Positions 51,146 to 64,000 of a DNA stretch of 64,000 nucleotides are shown here, in pieces. Position 1 is the first letter of the stretch, and each line of letters opens with the position of its first letter. The position numbers were made by a program, and so were the translations under genes. The DNA is from Squalus acanthias (lineage: Eukaryota), in contig CM059432.1 of NCBI GenBank assembly GCA_030390025.1, positions 44,828,001 through 44,892,000 on the forward strand, given 5' to 3'. A model generated the notes under the pieces. The model was not told the DNA's origin and did no database searches. It saw nothing but the letters and a program-made list of their open reading frames with translations.

Positions 51146-52291
51146 GGCCCCGATATTAATGCAAAGGCAGGTTCTGAGTGGGGATGGGGGATTGCATGCG
51201 CGAAACTTGGAAGTAAAGTTAACAGGTCGGATTCTCCAATTTCAACTTGATTGAATCATTAAATTTTTCCTTCCAGGTTTCGCGTCTCCAAGCTATGCAA
51301 CGGGCGTGATGCGCACACGCAATGAAGTCCAATATTTAAAGGGACAATGCAGAAATGGAATTTGGAGGAGCCAGGAGGTGTTTAGGATGGATTCACGAAG
51401 AGCAAGGGCAGCACCCAGATTCAATGATGCTTCCCTTGAATTACCACTGGGCGCAGTCAGGAGCAGGAGGGACATACTTTCCCCAGCAATGCGAGGAATA
51501 AACCTGCTGCTGTCACGAAGAATGCATGGTTAGAGGTGGCTGAGGAGGTGAGCAGCAGGAACATTGTGACCCGGTCTTGGATGCAGTGCAGAAGCGGTTT
51601 AATAACCTAACCAGGTCAGGAAATGAGTACATTTGCAGATTCACCTACATCCTGTGGTGTAAATGCCTTCCATCCTCTCACTCAGTCTTGCCAAGCGTGC
51701 TTTGTCACATCACTCCTCACACCCACTTAAGTTTCAGCAGCACCCAGCCATTACTTTCTATGCAATTCCTCACCTCCCCATGTATCCATCCACCGCTGCC
51801 ACTCAACCCAAACCTTATGCAATGTTTGGCTCACCCTCACCGAATGCACTGCATCCATCAGGTGATTACCTGACCTTCAGTCACTCACAGGTCTGTTCTT
51901 TCACTCCTTGTAGGAGAAGAGAGCGCAAAACGCAAGGGAGGGGGAGAGGACTGGAAGTGGCCCGCCGCAACTTGTGCAGCTTACAAATGCAGAGGAGGAG
52001 GTCATGGAGATAAGTGACATATCTACGTCCCTCTCAATCGGAGATGGGGAGACTTGGAACTAGTAAATAGCTGGTGACAGAATTAAAAATATCTCTGACA
52101 CACATGCTAACTTTATTTCATAAAATATTGAACAATGAGAAGACTCCGCGATTAGATTACTCGCATGCAGCTAAATGCGCCTCAGTTAAACCCAGAAGTG
52201 GGCGCGTTGGTGCCGAGTTGCAGTCACGCTTCAATTTTCTACAATTTTTTACTTCCCACCTGACCCCAACCCACCTGTTCTTGGGGGTTAA
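51146..52291 (+). mobile_element. Non-autonomous Harbinger element carrying a Myb remnant
   Basis: TAT flanks; RARAAPRFNDASLE..RSRRDIL and KRFNNL. Confidence 0.7.
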
Positions 52292-53155
52292 AATTCCCCA
52301 CTATGTGTAACTGCATTCAAAAAGAATGTGTTGATGATGTCACTACACATAGCAACCAGAACAAACCTTCCCCCATAGATACTTCCTCTAAGAAATTAAA
52401 AAAAAAAATGCTTGGACAATTACTCATGCTACTCTGCTTGCAGCTAATTGTTTTGAATATTAATTCAACTGAATACACATGACTGACATTATCGTTGTTG
52501 CCATACAATTTATCACACCGTTCCCAAGAAAGAAATCTGAAGGCTGTCAAGTCAAATATTTTCTTTTTCTTAAATGGCTGGTGTTGGCATTCTCTTTGGC
52601 AGCAGTGGATTTATTCTTTTGTATTCTGCTATCTGATAGCATTGACATTCTGAATGAGCTGCTTCTTAATAGGAATGTTCAAAACTCATTAGGCATGTCA
52701 TAATTAATATTTAATCTGAACTGCCAGAAAAGAATTGTTGTCACTAAAGATGTTTTTTAAATATATGAACTGGGTGGAGAGATAAAAAAAGTTGACTAAT
52801 AGCATGATATATTACCTTAAGACGTGAGATTTGAAATGAAATTCCACATATACTAATGAAAAACAGAAAAATATTTCCTATAATGAAGCAATTGCTGAAA
52901 TCTTCTGAGCTTGCAGTAAATGTTCCATGAATACTCATTTCTAATGTCTGAGTTAATATTGGGCTGGAGGATAAAAGCAATTCTGAGGTAGAATGGGCAT
53001 GACTCAACTGTTGAAGTTTGTCTGAGTAATTTGAAAAAGCTGTGTGGGATAATGACTGGCAGCAGGAAAGTAAAAAAAAAACAAGGTAATCTGAATCAGA
53101 GGCTGGTGTCAACAGCAGCACAGAATCAACTGCAGCAGTGAATGCAGCTCACAAC

Positions 53156-54270
53156 AGAATCATAGAATGGTTACAGCACTGAAGGAGGCCATTTGGCCCG
53201 TTTAGCCGGTGCCAGCTCTCTGCAAGAGCACTTCAGCTAGTATCACTCCCCCGCCCGTTCCCCGTAGCCCTGCAAATTTTCTTCCTTCAGGTACTTATCC
53301 AATTCCCTTTTGAAAGCCACGATTGAATCTACCTGCACCACCCTTTCAGGCAGTGCATTCCAGATAATAACCACTCGCTGCGTAAAAAAGATTTTCCTCA
53401 TGTCGCCCTTGGTTCTTCTGCCAATCACCTTAAATCTGTGTCTTCTGGTTCTCGACCCTTCCACCAATGGGAACAGTTTCTCTCTATCTACTCTGGCCAG
53501 ACCTGTCATGATTTTGAACACCTCCTATCAAATCTCCTCTCAAGCTTCTCTGCTCTAAGGAGAACAAACCCAGCTTCTCCAGTCTATCCACGCACCTGAA
53601 GTCCCTCATCGCTGGAATCATTCTCATAAATCTTTTCTGCACCCTCTCTATGGCCTTTACATCCTTCCTAAAGTGCGGTGCCCAGAATTGGACACAATAC
53701 TCCAGTTGAGGCCAAACCAATGTTTTATAAAGGTTCATCATAACTTCCTTGCTTTTGTACTCTATGCCTCTATTTATGAAGCGGAGATGCCGATGTTGGA
53801 CTGGGGTGGACAAAAATGAGAAGTCGCACAACACCAGGTTATAGTCCAACAGTTTTATTTGAAATCACAAGCTCCGAAAGCTTGTGATTTCAAATAAAAC
53901 TGTTGGACTATAACCTGGTGTTGTGCGACTTCTCATTTCTATTTATGAAGCCCAGGATCCCATATGCTTTTTTAACCGCTTTCTCAACCTGCCCTGCCAC
54001 CTTCAACAATTTGTGCACACGTCTCTCTGTTCATGCACCCCCTTAAGTAACGTACCCTTTATTGCCTCTCCTCATTCTTCCTACCAAAATGTATCACTTC
54101 ACACTTTTCTGCGTTAAATTTCATCTGCCACGTGTCCGCCCATTCCACCAGCCTGTTTATGTCCTCTTGAAGTCTATCACTATCCTGTTCACTATACTTC
54201 CAAGTTTTGTGTCATCTGCAAATTTTGAAATTGTGCCCTGTACACCCAAGTCCAAGTCATTAATATATAT
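53156..54270 (-). mobile_element. CR1 3' fragment
   Basis: LEYCVQFWAPH and FFTQRV..WNALP; tail AGAATCATAGAAT. Confidence 0.9.
53783..53937. mobile_element. PLE-derived fold-back insertion 1, 14-bp TSD
   Basis: TSD TCTATTTATGAAGC at 53769-53782 and 53938-53951; arms of about 60 bp match 8910-8970. Confidence 0.9.
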
Positions 54271-55027
54271 CATAAGAACATAAGAAGTAGGAGCAGGAGT
54301 AGACCATTTGGCCCTTCGAGCCTGCTCCGCCATTCAAGAAGATCATGGCTGATCTTCGACCTCAACTCCACTTTCCTGCACTATCGCCATATCCCTTGAT
54401 TCCCTTAATATTCAAAAATCTATCGATCTCTGTCTTGAATATACTCATGATGCGGAGATGCCGGTGTTGGACTGGGGTGGACAAAAATGAGAAGTCGCAC
54501 AACACCAGGTTATAGTCCAACAGTTTTATTTAAAATTACGAGCTTTCGGAGCTGCTGCCCTTCGTCAGGTAGAGGTACAGTGAGGGAATCTAATACACAG
54601 TATATATACACAGAGCAGACAAGTCGCTCTCTGTGTATATATACTGTGTATTAGATTCCCTCACTGTACCTCTACCTGACGAAGGGGCAGCAGCTCCGAA
54701 AGCTCATAATTTTAAATAAAACTGTTGGACTATAACCTGGTGTTGTGCGACTTCTCATTTTTGAATATACTCAACGACTGAGCCTCCACAGCCCTCTGGG
54801 GTAGAGAATTCCAAAGATTCACCACCCTCTGAGTAAAGAAATGTTTCCTCATCTCAGTCCTAAATGGCCGACCCCGTATTCTGAGACTGCGACTCCTGGT
54901 TCTAGACTCCCCAGCCAGGGGAAACATCCTCCCTGCATCTACCCTGTCAAGTCCTGTAAGAATTTTGTATGTTTCAATGAGATCACCTCTCATTCTTCTA
55001 AACTCTAGAGAATATAGGCCTAGTCTA
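54271..55027 (-). mobile_element. CR1 3' fragment
   Basis: LGLYSLEFRRMRGDLIE..WNSLP; tail CATAAGAACATAAGAA. Confidence 0.9.
54448..54760. mobile_element. PLE-derived fold-back insertion 2, 13-bp TSD, hammerhead on each arm
   Basis: TSD TTGAATATACTCA at 54435-54447 and 54761-54773; arms about 133 bp; hammerhead cores at 54537-54571 (-) and 54673-54708 (+). Confidence 0.92.
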
Positions 55028-55599
55028 GGAGCTTCACCATTGGGACTTCTGACTTCCTTCCCTCTCCCCTGCATACATACATTAAAAATAAATCAATCAG
55101 AGAAAATTATATTTAATTTGAACAGCTGTTTCCTGTTGATTTTTTGAATATTTTTAATTGTGAGCCCTCATGACATCACTAGGGTACTCACTTGAAGGGT
55201 TTACTTATTCTGTCAGTGGAAGAAAGCTGGATTAACTTCAGTTGACACCATCATTAACCTATGTGATTCAGTTTTATCTGTGCATGTTAATTCAATTCCC
55301 TTATTCCAACGGCTCATTAATTCATTTAAGCCCTCAGTAGTGCCCTTTCCGTTCAGTGTTTAAACAAAAATAAATTGTCAAAATCATCAAGGATGGCCCT
55401 ATTCACTCACTGTTTGATCATTAAATGGGTTTCTGATGATGTCACCCTTTGAACATTACTTGACCTGTCAGATGGCAAATGTGAATTATTTGCCTTTTGT
55501 GTATCAGTTTTAATAGAGAATGTGATTTACAAACATCTTCCTAAGCACCTTGTTAAACGTGTAAAGTATTGTCCATGTATATACTTAAGGCGCAATAAA

Positions 55600-56062
55600 A
55601 AGAAAAAGAAAGACTTGCATTTATATAGTGACTTTAACGAGCACCGGACATCCCAAAGCACTTTACAGCCAATGAAGTGCTTTTGAAGTGTAGTCACTGT
55701 TGTAATGTAGGAAACGTAGCAGCCAATTTGCGCACAGCAAGCTCCCACAAACAGCAATGTGATAATGACTGGATAATCTGCTTTAGTGATGTTGGTTGAG
55801 GAATATATATTGTCCAGGACACCGAGGATAACTCCCCCTGTTCTTTGAAATAGTGCCATGGGATCTTTTACATCCACCTGAGAGCAGATGGGGCCTCGGT
55901 TTAACGTCTCATCCGAAAGATGGCACCTCTGACAGTGCAGCACTCCCTCGGTACTGCACTGCAGTGTCAGCCTAGATTTTTGTTTTCAAGTCCTGGAGTG
56001 GAACAGTGAACCCACAACCTTCATGACTCAGAGACAAGGGTGCTACTAACTGAGCTACTGGC
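55600..56062 (-). mobile_element. tRNA-derived SINE
   Basis: Reverse complement TAGCTCAGTTAG (A-box) and GGTTCACTGTTCC; homologous to 21425-21855. Confidence 0.8.
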
Positions 56063-56989
56063 TGAAACATATGACAGTGATAAATTAATCTTGACTAAAT
56101 GAGTTACTATTGATTCAGAAAACATGCATTTTGTAACACTTTCAATAAAGTTTCAGCTGTAGTAAACTGAAAACCGTGAAGTATTCATCTCAAACTTATT
56201 TTAAATTAAAACCCAACCATCACAGTTGTGGATCACCAGTAGTGTGATATCAGGACATAATTAATACAAATACACACTGCTTTTCCTCACTGATGCTCAT
56301 AATATGGTTATGGTGTCACTTATAGCCCACCCTTTCTGTACCTGTTATCTTCAGGAAACCTGCTGCTCCATGTGTCTCTGCATCTCCAATCATAGGTCAC
56401 CCAGCACAGATAAGGAGAGAGAAACAGAGGAAATTTTAGGAAAAGGAAAAGGAAAAGTCCAATTGACCCATCAAGGATGTTCCTTTTTGTTTGATCGCAG
56501 GTGTACTTTCTTGCCTTCTCACCATGGGATTTAATTTTCTCTGAGGCCAATGGTTATTGGTTCAAGCAATCATTCCAGGACATGAGCATGTAATCTAGAC
56601 TGGCACTTCAGTGCAGTACTGAAGGAAGTGGAGGTATGTCCTTCTGATGAAGCGTTCAACCTGAGGCCATATTTGTATGTTCCGGTGGTTTTCAACCAAC
56701 AACATCAAAATCAGATTAAACTGTCATTCATCTCATTGCTGTTTTTGAGGTCTTGTGCGCAAAAAGACTGCCACATTTACCAACATAACACCACCAATAA
56801 CAGATTGGGATTAATTTTCATCTCTATTGTGCCCCATAAATGTGAGCATGTGGAAACGTTTCATTTTATTTAAATTTTTATTACCATTCCTGACCCCTCA
56901 CATGCTCACTTGAGTCTCATTCCTACTCTGTCTGATATCAGCCAACTCAACACAATCTGGGGATTGAATCTGGGATCTTCCTGGTCTCT

Positions 56990-58795
56990 ATGTTTTATAA
57001 GTACATTAAGAGCAAGAGGATAACTAAAGAAAGAGTAGGGCCTATTAGAGACCATAAAGGTAATCTGTGTGTGGAGGTGGAAGACATGGGTATGGTTCTT
57101 AATGAATACTTTGCGTCTGTTTTCACAAAAGAGAGGGGCGATGCAGACATTGCAATCAGGGAGGAGGAGTGTGAAATATTAGATGAAATAAACATAGTGA
57201 GAGAGGAAGTATTAAAGGGCTTAGCAGCTTTGAAAGTGGATAAATCCCCAGGCCTGGATGAAATGTATCCCAGGTTGTTAAGAGAAGCAAAAGAGGAAAT
57301 AGCAGAGGATCTGACCATCATTTTCCAATTCTCTCTGGCTACAGGTATGGTACTGGAGGACTGCTAACATTGTACCTTTGTTTAAAAAAGGAGAAAGGGT
57401 TAGACCGAGTAATTACAGGCCAGTCAGCCTAACCTCGGTGGTGGGAAAATTATTGGAAAAAGTTCTGAGGGACAGGATAATTCTTCATTTAGAAAGACAC
57501 GAATTAATCAAGGACAGTCAGCATGGATTTGTTAAGGGAAGATTGTGTCTGACTAACTTGCTTGAATTTTTTGAGGAGGTAACAAGGAGGGTCAATGAGG
57601 GTAGTGCATTTGATGTAGTGTATATGGATTTTAGCAAGGCTTTTGATAAGGTCCCACATGGCAGACTGGTCACGAAAGTGAAAGCCCATGGGATCCAGGG
57701 CAAAGTGGCAAGTTGGATCCAAAATTGGCTCAGAGGCAGGAAGCAAAGGGTAATGGTTGATGGGTGTTTTTGTGACTGGAAGGCTGTTTCCAGTGGGGTT
57801 CCGCAGGGCTCAGTACTAGGTCCCTTGCTTTTTGTGGTATATATCAATGATTTAGACTTGAATGTAGGGGGTATGATTAAGAAGTTTGCAGATGATATTA
57901 AAACCGTCTGTGTGGTTGATAACGAAGAAGAAAGCTGTAGACCGCAAGAAGATATCAATGAACTGGTCAGGTGGGCAGAACAGTGGCAAATGGAATTCAA
58001 TCCAGAGAAATGTGAGGTAATGCATTTGGGGAGGGCTAACAAGGCAAGGGAATACACATTAAATGGTAGGACAGTGAGAAGTGTAGAGGGACAAAGGGAC
58101 CTTGGAGTGCAGGTCCACAGATCCCTGAAGGCAGCAGGCCAAGTAGATAAGATGGTTAAGAATGCATACGGAATACTTGCCTTTATTAGCCGAGGCATAG
58201 AACACAAGAGCAGGGAGGTTATGCTTGAACTGTATAAAACACTAGTTAGGCCACAGCTAGAGTACTGCGTGCAGTTCTGGTCACCACATTACAGGAAAGA
58301 TGTGATTGCACAAGAGAGGGTACAGAGGAGATTCACGAGGATGTTGCCTGGACTGGAGAATTTTAGCTACGAGGAAAGATTGGATAGGCTGGGTTTGTTT
58401 TCTTTGGAACAGAGGAGGCTGAGCGGAGACCTTATTGAGGTGTATAAAATTATGAGGAGCCTAGATAGAGTGGATAGGAAGCAGCTATTTCCCTTAGCAG
58501 AGGGGTCAACAACCAGGGGGCATAGATTTAAAGTAATTGGTAGGAGGTTTAGAGGGGTAATGAGGGGAAATTTCTTCATGGGGATCTGGAGCTCACTGCC
58601 TGAAAGGGTGGTAGAGGCAGAAACCCTCACCACATTTAAAAAGTGCTTGGATGTGCACTTGAAGTGCCGTAACCTACAGGGCTACAGACCAAGAGCTGGG
58701 AAGTGGGATTAGGCTGGATAGCTCTTTGTCGGCCGGCGCGGACACGATGGGCCGAAATGGCCTCCTTCTGTGCTGTAAATTTCTGTGATTCTATG
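56990..58795 (+). mobile_element. CR1 LINE 3' portion with a 444-aa uninterrupted RT/C-terminal frame
   Basis: ORF 57378-58712: NYRPVSL, QHGF, DFSKAFD, GVPQGSVLGP, KFADD; tail TTCTGTGATTCTATG. Confidence 0.95.
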
Positions 58796-59571
58796 GATCA
58801 GCTATGCATTGGATAAGCTCACTGAACCATTTGGGGAGTCTGCAGACTGAAGTTTTAATGGGAAAATTGGAAGAAACTGTTGATGTTAATTAAGTATTAA
58901 AGATGGTGGGGAAAGCTGGGACGATAAGAAACTATTAACAAGCAAAATGTAAGAATAAACAGTCAGAAACCACACCGAAAAGATAGAGAACAAGAGGACA
59001 GATATAATGGATTGGAAAGGGTTGACGAGCAAGATCTGGCAAATGAAACTTGATTGATATAATGCAAGACCTACAAGAAACAAAATGGGAATAGAATAAT
59101 ACAAGTGCTGAAAAAAATCAAAGTAAATTGATGGAAAGTAATGTAAGTAGAATCTTGAAAGAGCAAGTTGAACTTTAAAAATTTGAATGAAAACTAATGA
59201 AATGAATTCTGAGATAAAACAACCACTTTTAGTTACGAATGAGTAATGCTTTACTTAAAGGTGAATGAATTAAGTGTGTTGAATTCAGAAAGAATAACAA
59301 AGTAAAAGAGAGATTTCTGAGTGCTTCGCACAGCACAAAATGTTCACAGTAAAGCATGAAATACTCAGTTAAGTGTTTTGTGCAACCCATTTAAAAGCTT
59401 AGATAAAAAGAACGTGTTAAAAATAGCAAAGAAATAACAAGGAATGTAGAAGCAAAGTTGCCAAAGTGAACTATATTACACCTGTTCCTATAAAATGAGA
59501 CCTACTTTTGGAAAGCAAATCACTCTGGGACTGAAAAAACTGATGGAGGAACTGGATATTACAGAGGGCTG

Positions 59572-61262
59572 TAGAATCATAGACATTTATGGCACAGAAG
59601 GAGACCATTCAGCCCATCATGTCTGTGCTGGCCAAAAAAAAACGATCTAGCCTAATCCCACTTTCCAGCTCCTGGTCCGTAGTTCGTAGGTTACAGCATA
59701 TCAACTGCATATCCAATTACTTTTTAAATGTGATGAGGGTTTCTGCCTCTACCACCCTTTCAGGCAGTAAGTTCCAGACCCCCACCACCCTCTGGGTGAA
59801 AACATTTCACCTCAACTCCCCTCTAATCCTTCTACCAATTACTTTAAATCTATGCTCCCTGGTTATTGTCCTCTCTGCTAAGGGAAATAGGTGCTTCCTA
59901 TCCACTCTATCTAGGCCCCTCATAATTTTATACACCTCAATTAAGTCTCACCTCAGCCTCCTCTGTTCCAAAGAAAACAACCTCAGCCTATCCAATCTTT
60001 CCTCATAGCTAAAATTCTCCAGTCCTGGCAACATCCTCGTAAATCTTCCCTTTGTACCCTCTCTAGTGCAATCACATCTTTCCTGTAATGTGGTGACCAG
60101 AACTGTATGCAGTACTCTAGCTGTGGCCTAACTAGTGTTTTACATAGTTCTAGCATAACCTCCCTGCTCTTATATTCTATGCCTCGGCTAATAAAGGCAA
60201 GTATCCCGTATGCCTTCTTAACCACCTTATCTACCTGTCCTGCTACCTTCATAACCTGTCATACACTCCAAGGTCCCTCTGTTCCTCTACATTTCTCAGT
60301 ATCTGATCATTTATTGTGTATTCCTTTACCTTGTTTGCCCTCCCCAAATGCATTACCTCACACTTCTCCCGATTGAATTCCATTTGCCACTGTTCTGCCC
60401 ACCTGACCAGTCCACTGATAACTTCCTGCAGTCTACAGCTTTCTTCCTCACTATCAACCACATGGCCAATTTTCATATCATCTGCAAACTTCTTAATCAT
60501 GCCACCTACATTGAAGTCTAAACCATTGATATATACCACAAAAAGCAAGGGACCTAGTACTGAGCCCTGCGGAACCCCACTGGAAACAGCCTTCCAGTCA
60601 CAAAAACACCCGTCGACCATTACTGTTTGCTTCTTGCCACTGAGCCAATTTTGGATCCAACTTGCCACTTCCCCTTGTATCCCATGGGCTTTTATTTTTC
60701 TGACCAGTCTGCCATGTGGGATCTTATCAAAAGCCTTGCTAAAATCCATGTAGACGACACCAAACGAGCTACTCTCATTGACCCTCCTTGGTCCCTCCTC
60801 AAAAAATTCAAGCAAGTTAGTCAAACATGACCTTCCTTTAACAAATCCATGCTGACTGTCTTTGATTAATCCGTGTCTTTCTAAATGATGGTTTACTCTG
60901 CCCCTCAGAACTTTTTCCAATAATTTTCTCACCACCAAAGTTAGGCTGACTGGCCTTTAATTACTCGGTCTATCCCTTTCTCCCTTTTTAAACAACGGTA
61001 CAACGTTAGCAGTCCCCCAGTCCTCCGGCACCACACCTGTAGCCAGAGAGGATTGGAAAATGATGGTCAGAGCCTCTGCTATTTCCTCTCTTGCTTCTCT
61101 TAACAGCCTGGGATACATTTCATCCGGGCCTAGTGATATATCTACTTTCAAAGATGCTAAACACCTTAATATTTCCTCTCTCACTATGTTTATCTCATCT
61201 AATATTTCACACTACTCCTCCTTAACTACAATGTCTGCATCATTCCTCTCTTTTATTAAGAC
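59572..61262 (-). mobile_element. CR1 LINE 3' portion (same subfamily as 56990-58795)
   Basis: ORFs 60249-60938 and 59983-60252 are highly similar to the plus-strand copy. Confidence 0.95.
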
Positions 61263-62878
61263 ATTGGCCTTTTCACCTGGGACCTGGGCAGAAACCCAAA
61301 CTAGAATGATAGGATGAAAGTCTACTCTGTCAAATGTGTGTGTGTGCGTTTTTCCCTACACGTACCCTTTATTCAACTCCTTTTTACATACTGTTCATCG
61401 ATAGTATCTTCCAATTCTGATGACGGGTCCATACCTGAAATATATCTGTTCTCTCCACAGATGCTGCCTGGCAAGCTGAGTGTTTCCAGCATTTTCTGTT
61501 CCTGTTTCAGATTTCCAACATCTGCAGCATTTTACTTTTCGTTGAACCTCTTTATAATGATACACAGGAATCTGGTGCAAATGCATTAGCAAGTGCTCAG
61601 ATAGGTGGTATGGGATGTGGAACAATGCCGCACTATTGCAGTAGGTGGTGCTCTTCTAAGATTTGAAATGAAGCACATTGAGATAAAAATAATGCTTCTG
61701 CACTCATGTTGGAACTGCAGATTGCAAAGATACACAACTCCAGCTTGTAATTTTCAGCTCATTAATTATAATGGACTGAAAGTCACAGTCTAGCCACATG
61801 CAATTCCATGTTATGCTCTTTGGAGGGACTGAGAGCACAGAAACAGAAATTTTACTCCTTTATTGGGGCAGAATAGTTTTACTCTGGACTTAACTATGCT
61901 GTACCTGTGATAAACACAACATTCACAAAAAAAAACTTACACGAGGGAAGGTGACAAAAATTTAAATCTCATAAATAGAAACTGAAATGCATCAAAATGA
62001 CCTGAAATCGCAAAACTGTTTTGAAGGACTCATATTGTAAATCCATTGGGAGCCCACTGGAACAGATTGAGTCAGGATCCAGTTAGGTCAGATCCAGGCC
62101 TTAAGTGCGAGATTCCATGATGCCTTTGTGAGGGCGGAGTCTCCCCCCACCCCTAGCCTCTACAAGGCCATCGATGTAAGGGACTCCCTAAGATGCCGTA
62201 TAATCCCCGAAGGTACACCTGTTCTCACCAGGAGTACCTTACTGATTCCATTAGAAGTGGGGCCCACTTTGGAGTCCAGTTTGGGATTGGAGCTTGGACT
62301 CCTGAAAATAGCAAGGCCAAAAAAGAGGGCTCCTTGGACAACCAGCCTTTTCTTCCAAGGGAGACTTGTCCTCCCAGGCCAGCCAGCTACTGCTGGCATT
62401 TCTGGCTTTCTAGATTCTCCATTGGGTGGGCCCCCACGCCACCAAATGTCCACTCCTGCAGGCCCCACCTCCCTAACCCAGCTCCTACAGGAAGAGGAGC
62501 CCACACCTCTGCCAGGTACTGTTTCAGCACAGAATGAACTACCTTTCCTCCAGATCATGTTCCATTAAAAAATAACATGATTTGGAGCCATTTGTGCAGG
62601 TTCAAAATGGATTAATGTCCAAACACAACAGACATCTATGAGTGCCCGGGAGCTGAAGGAGCATTTAAAATGCAAAAAGGACCAATTATAAGTGTGATTT
62701 TACACTTTTTTTCTAATTTTTTAAACCATCTAGTAGGTAAGACTTTGTACCATCGGTTCCACCACTGGTATATTTAGCATCAGTGTCTCTGCTTTGCACC
62801 TGGGGAGTGCTCAGTTCCCAAGGGCAAAGCACAGGAAAAAGAGGCATAGACACATGAGACTCTGCCCTATTTACATTG

Positions 62879-63060
62879 AGAGGTCGCACAACACCAGGTT
62901 ATAGTCCAACAGTTTTATTTTAAATCACAAGTTTTCGGAGTTACGAGTTGTAACTCCGAAAGCTTGTGATTTAAAATAAAACTGTTGGACTATAACCTGG
63001 TGTTGTGCGACCTCTCAATTTTGTCCACCCCAGTCCAACACCGGCATCTCCGCATCATGA
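62879..63060. mobile_element. PLE-derived fold-back insertion 3, 12-bp TSD
   Basis: TSD CTATTTACATTG at 62867-62878 and 63061-63072; arms about 70 bp plus a 40-nt extension ending CCGCATCATGA. Confidence 0.9.
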
Positions 63061-64000
63061 CTATTTACATTGCCCAGGGAATTCCTGGGAATCCCATTAG
63101 TGGTACAGAGAGCTTGCACCTGGAGCAGGCACAATTATGGAGAAGCTCCAAATGGGGCCTCTGCCTAATTTTTCAGCAGGTGCACCAGGCGGGTGCCAAT
63201 CTGGAAGAGCGCTGGAAGAAGCTGGCATTAGGTATTGCACCTGACCCCCTTAGATCAGACAATCTGACAGGGGCGAGAAGCAAGGCCGTGGAGGCTAAAA
63301 AAGTAGGTCCCTTAGATATCTTCAGGCTGAACAGCAGCCTGCAGCAGTGGCTAACTCTCCTCCCCCACTACCAGATCCTAGGCCCTGCCAGGGGTGGGCT
63401 TACACCAGGGAAACATCTGGCCTAGGGTAATGACCAGAACCCAGAAATCCAGGTGGATGTCAGGCACATGCTGCACCTGATCTCTGCTTAGATGGGGCAG
63501 GAGAGATGAGCAAGAAAAATTGGGACTGAGGTTTTCCTATAGAAATCCTGTAATTTTAAAGTTTTCTAAAGGTAAAATAGGAGTAACAGAGGGATGGCAG
63601 TCAGCTGATGTTTCAGCTTATGAAAACTGTGAGCATCCGCTATTACCTTCCCACCCAATAATATTGGGAGAGATGCACTTATTTGGATTTGCATGAGGAA
63701 CTCTGTGTGGGTAGGCTTGCAATTCACCTGAGCGGCAGTGGCAGTAATCTGACTTTCAGCCAAACCACGGCCCCGTCAGTAGCTGTAAAGGTCAATTCAG
63801 TTCTCACTTTTTATACCTCAAGCTTATTTACCTTATGGGGTGGGTATCCTGGAGTACTTTGCAGCCACTTCAAATAGCATAATACCCATTTCATGAGCCA
63901 TATAGAGTGAGGTACTGCTTCATTATTTACCCCCAATTGCATATGGTGCATCCATATTGGTTTCTGCCTGTTATTTTTTCCCCCTCTGGCCCTTTTGACT

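Noticed and set aside
55192..55258. Minus-strand 67-nt exon candidate with a GTGAGT donor
   Set aside because: It has stop codons in all three frames.
57518..58207. 229-aa minus-strand ORF and similar antisense ORFs
   Set aside because: These are antisense shadows of CR1 RT coding sequence.
62128..62568. Overlapping 114-146 aa ORFs
   Set aside because: GC-rich repeat-like DNA that is open in several frames with no recognisable domain.
62985..63425. ORFs starting MDYNLVLCD (also 53484-53849)
   Set aside because: They are chance read-through from the PLE terminal repeat, from a TTG start, into unrelated flanking DNA.
1..64000. CRISPR arrays, rRNA or prokaryotic operons
   Set aside because: No repeat-spacer arrays or bacterial gene organisation were seen; the sequence is eukaryotic repeat-rich DNA.

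Overview
This is repeat-dominated vertebrate DNA, most likely from a cartilaginous fish (inferred from the repeat repertoire). No host gene can be supported with confidence. The window holds nested transposable elements: vertebrate-type CR1 LINEs (one with an SGNH-esterase ORF1), L2 remnants, tRNA-derived SINEs, PIF/Harbinger DNA transposons with a three-exon Myb/SANT gene opposite a transposase, Harbinger-type MITEs, a 1.64-kb solo LTR, and Penelope-like elements (PLEs) carrying minimal hammerhead ribozymes. Two observations stand out. (1) A CR1-group LINE family (4 copies, one full-length at 42449-45714) has no ORF1. Its EN-RT frame sits about 400 bp behind a tRNA-like A/B-box head, the sense strand is nearly free of TTTT, and it ends in AATAAA plus a T8 run, making it a candidate Pol III-transcribed protein-coding retrotransposon. 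(2) Three independent short fold-back insertions, each with a TSD, are built from the PLE terminal repeat with recurrent end points; one carries a hammerhead on each arm. All coordinates and motif counts were read by eye.
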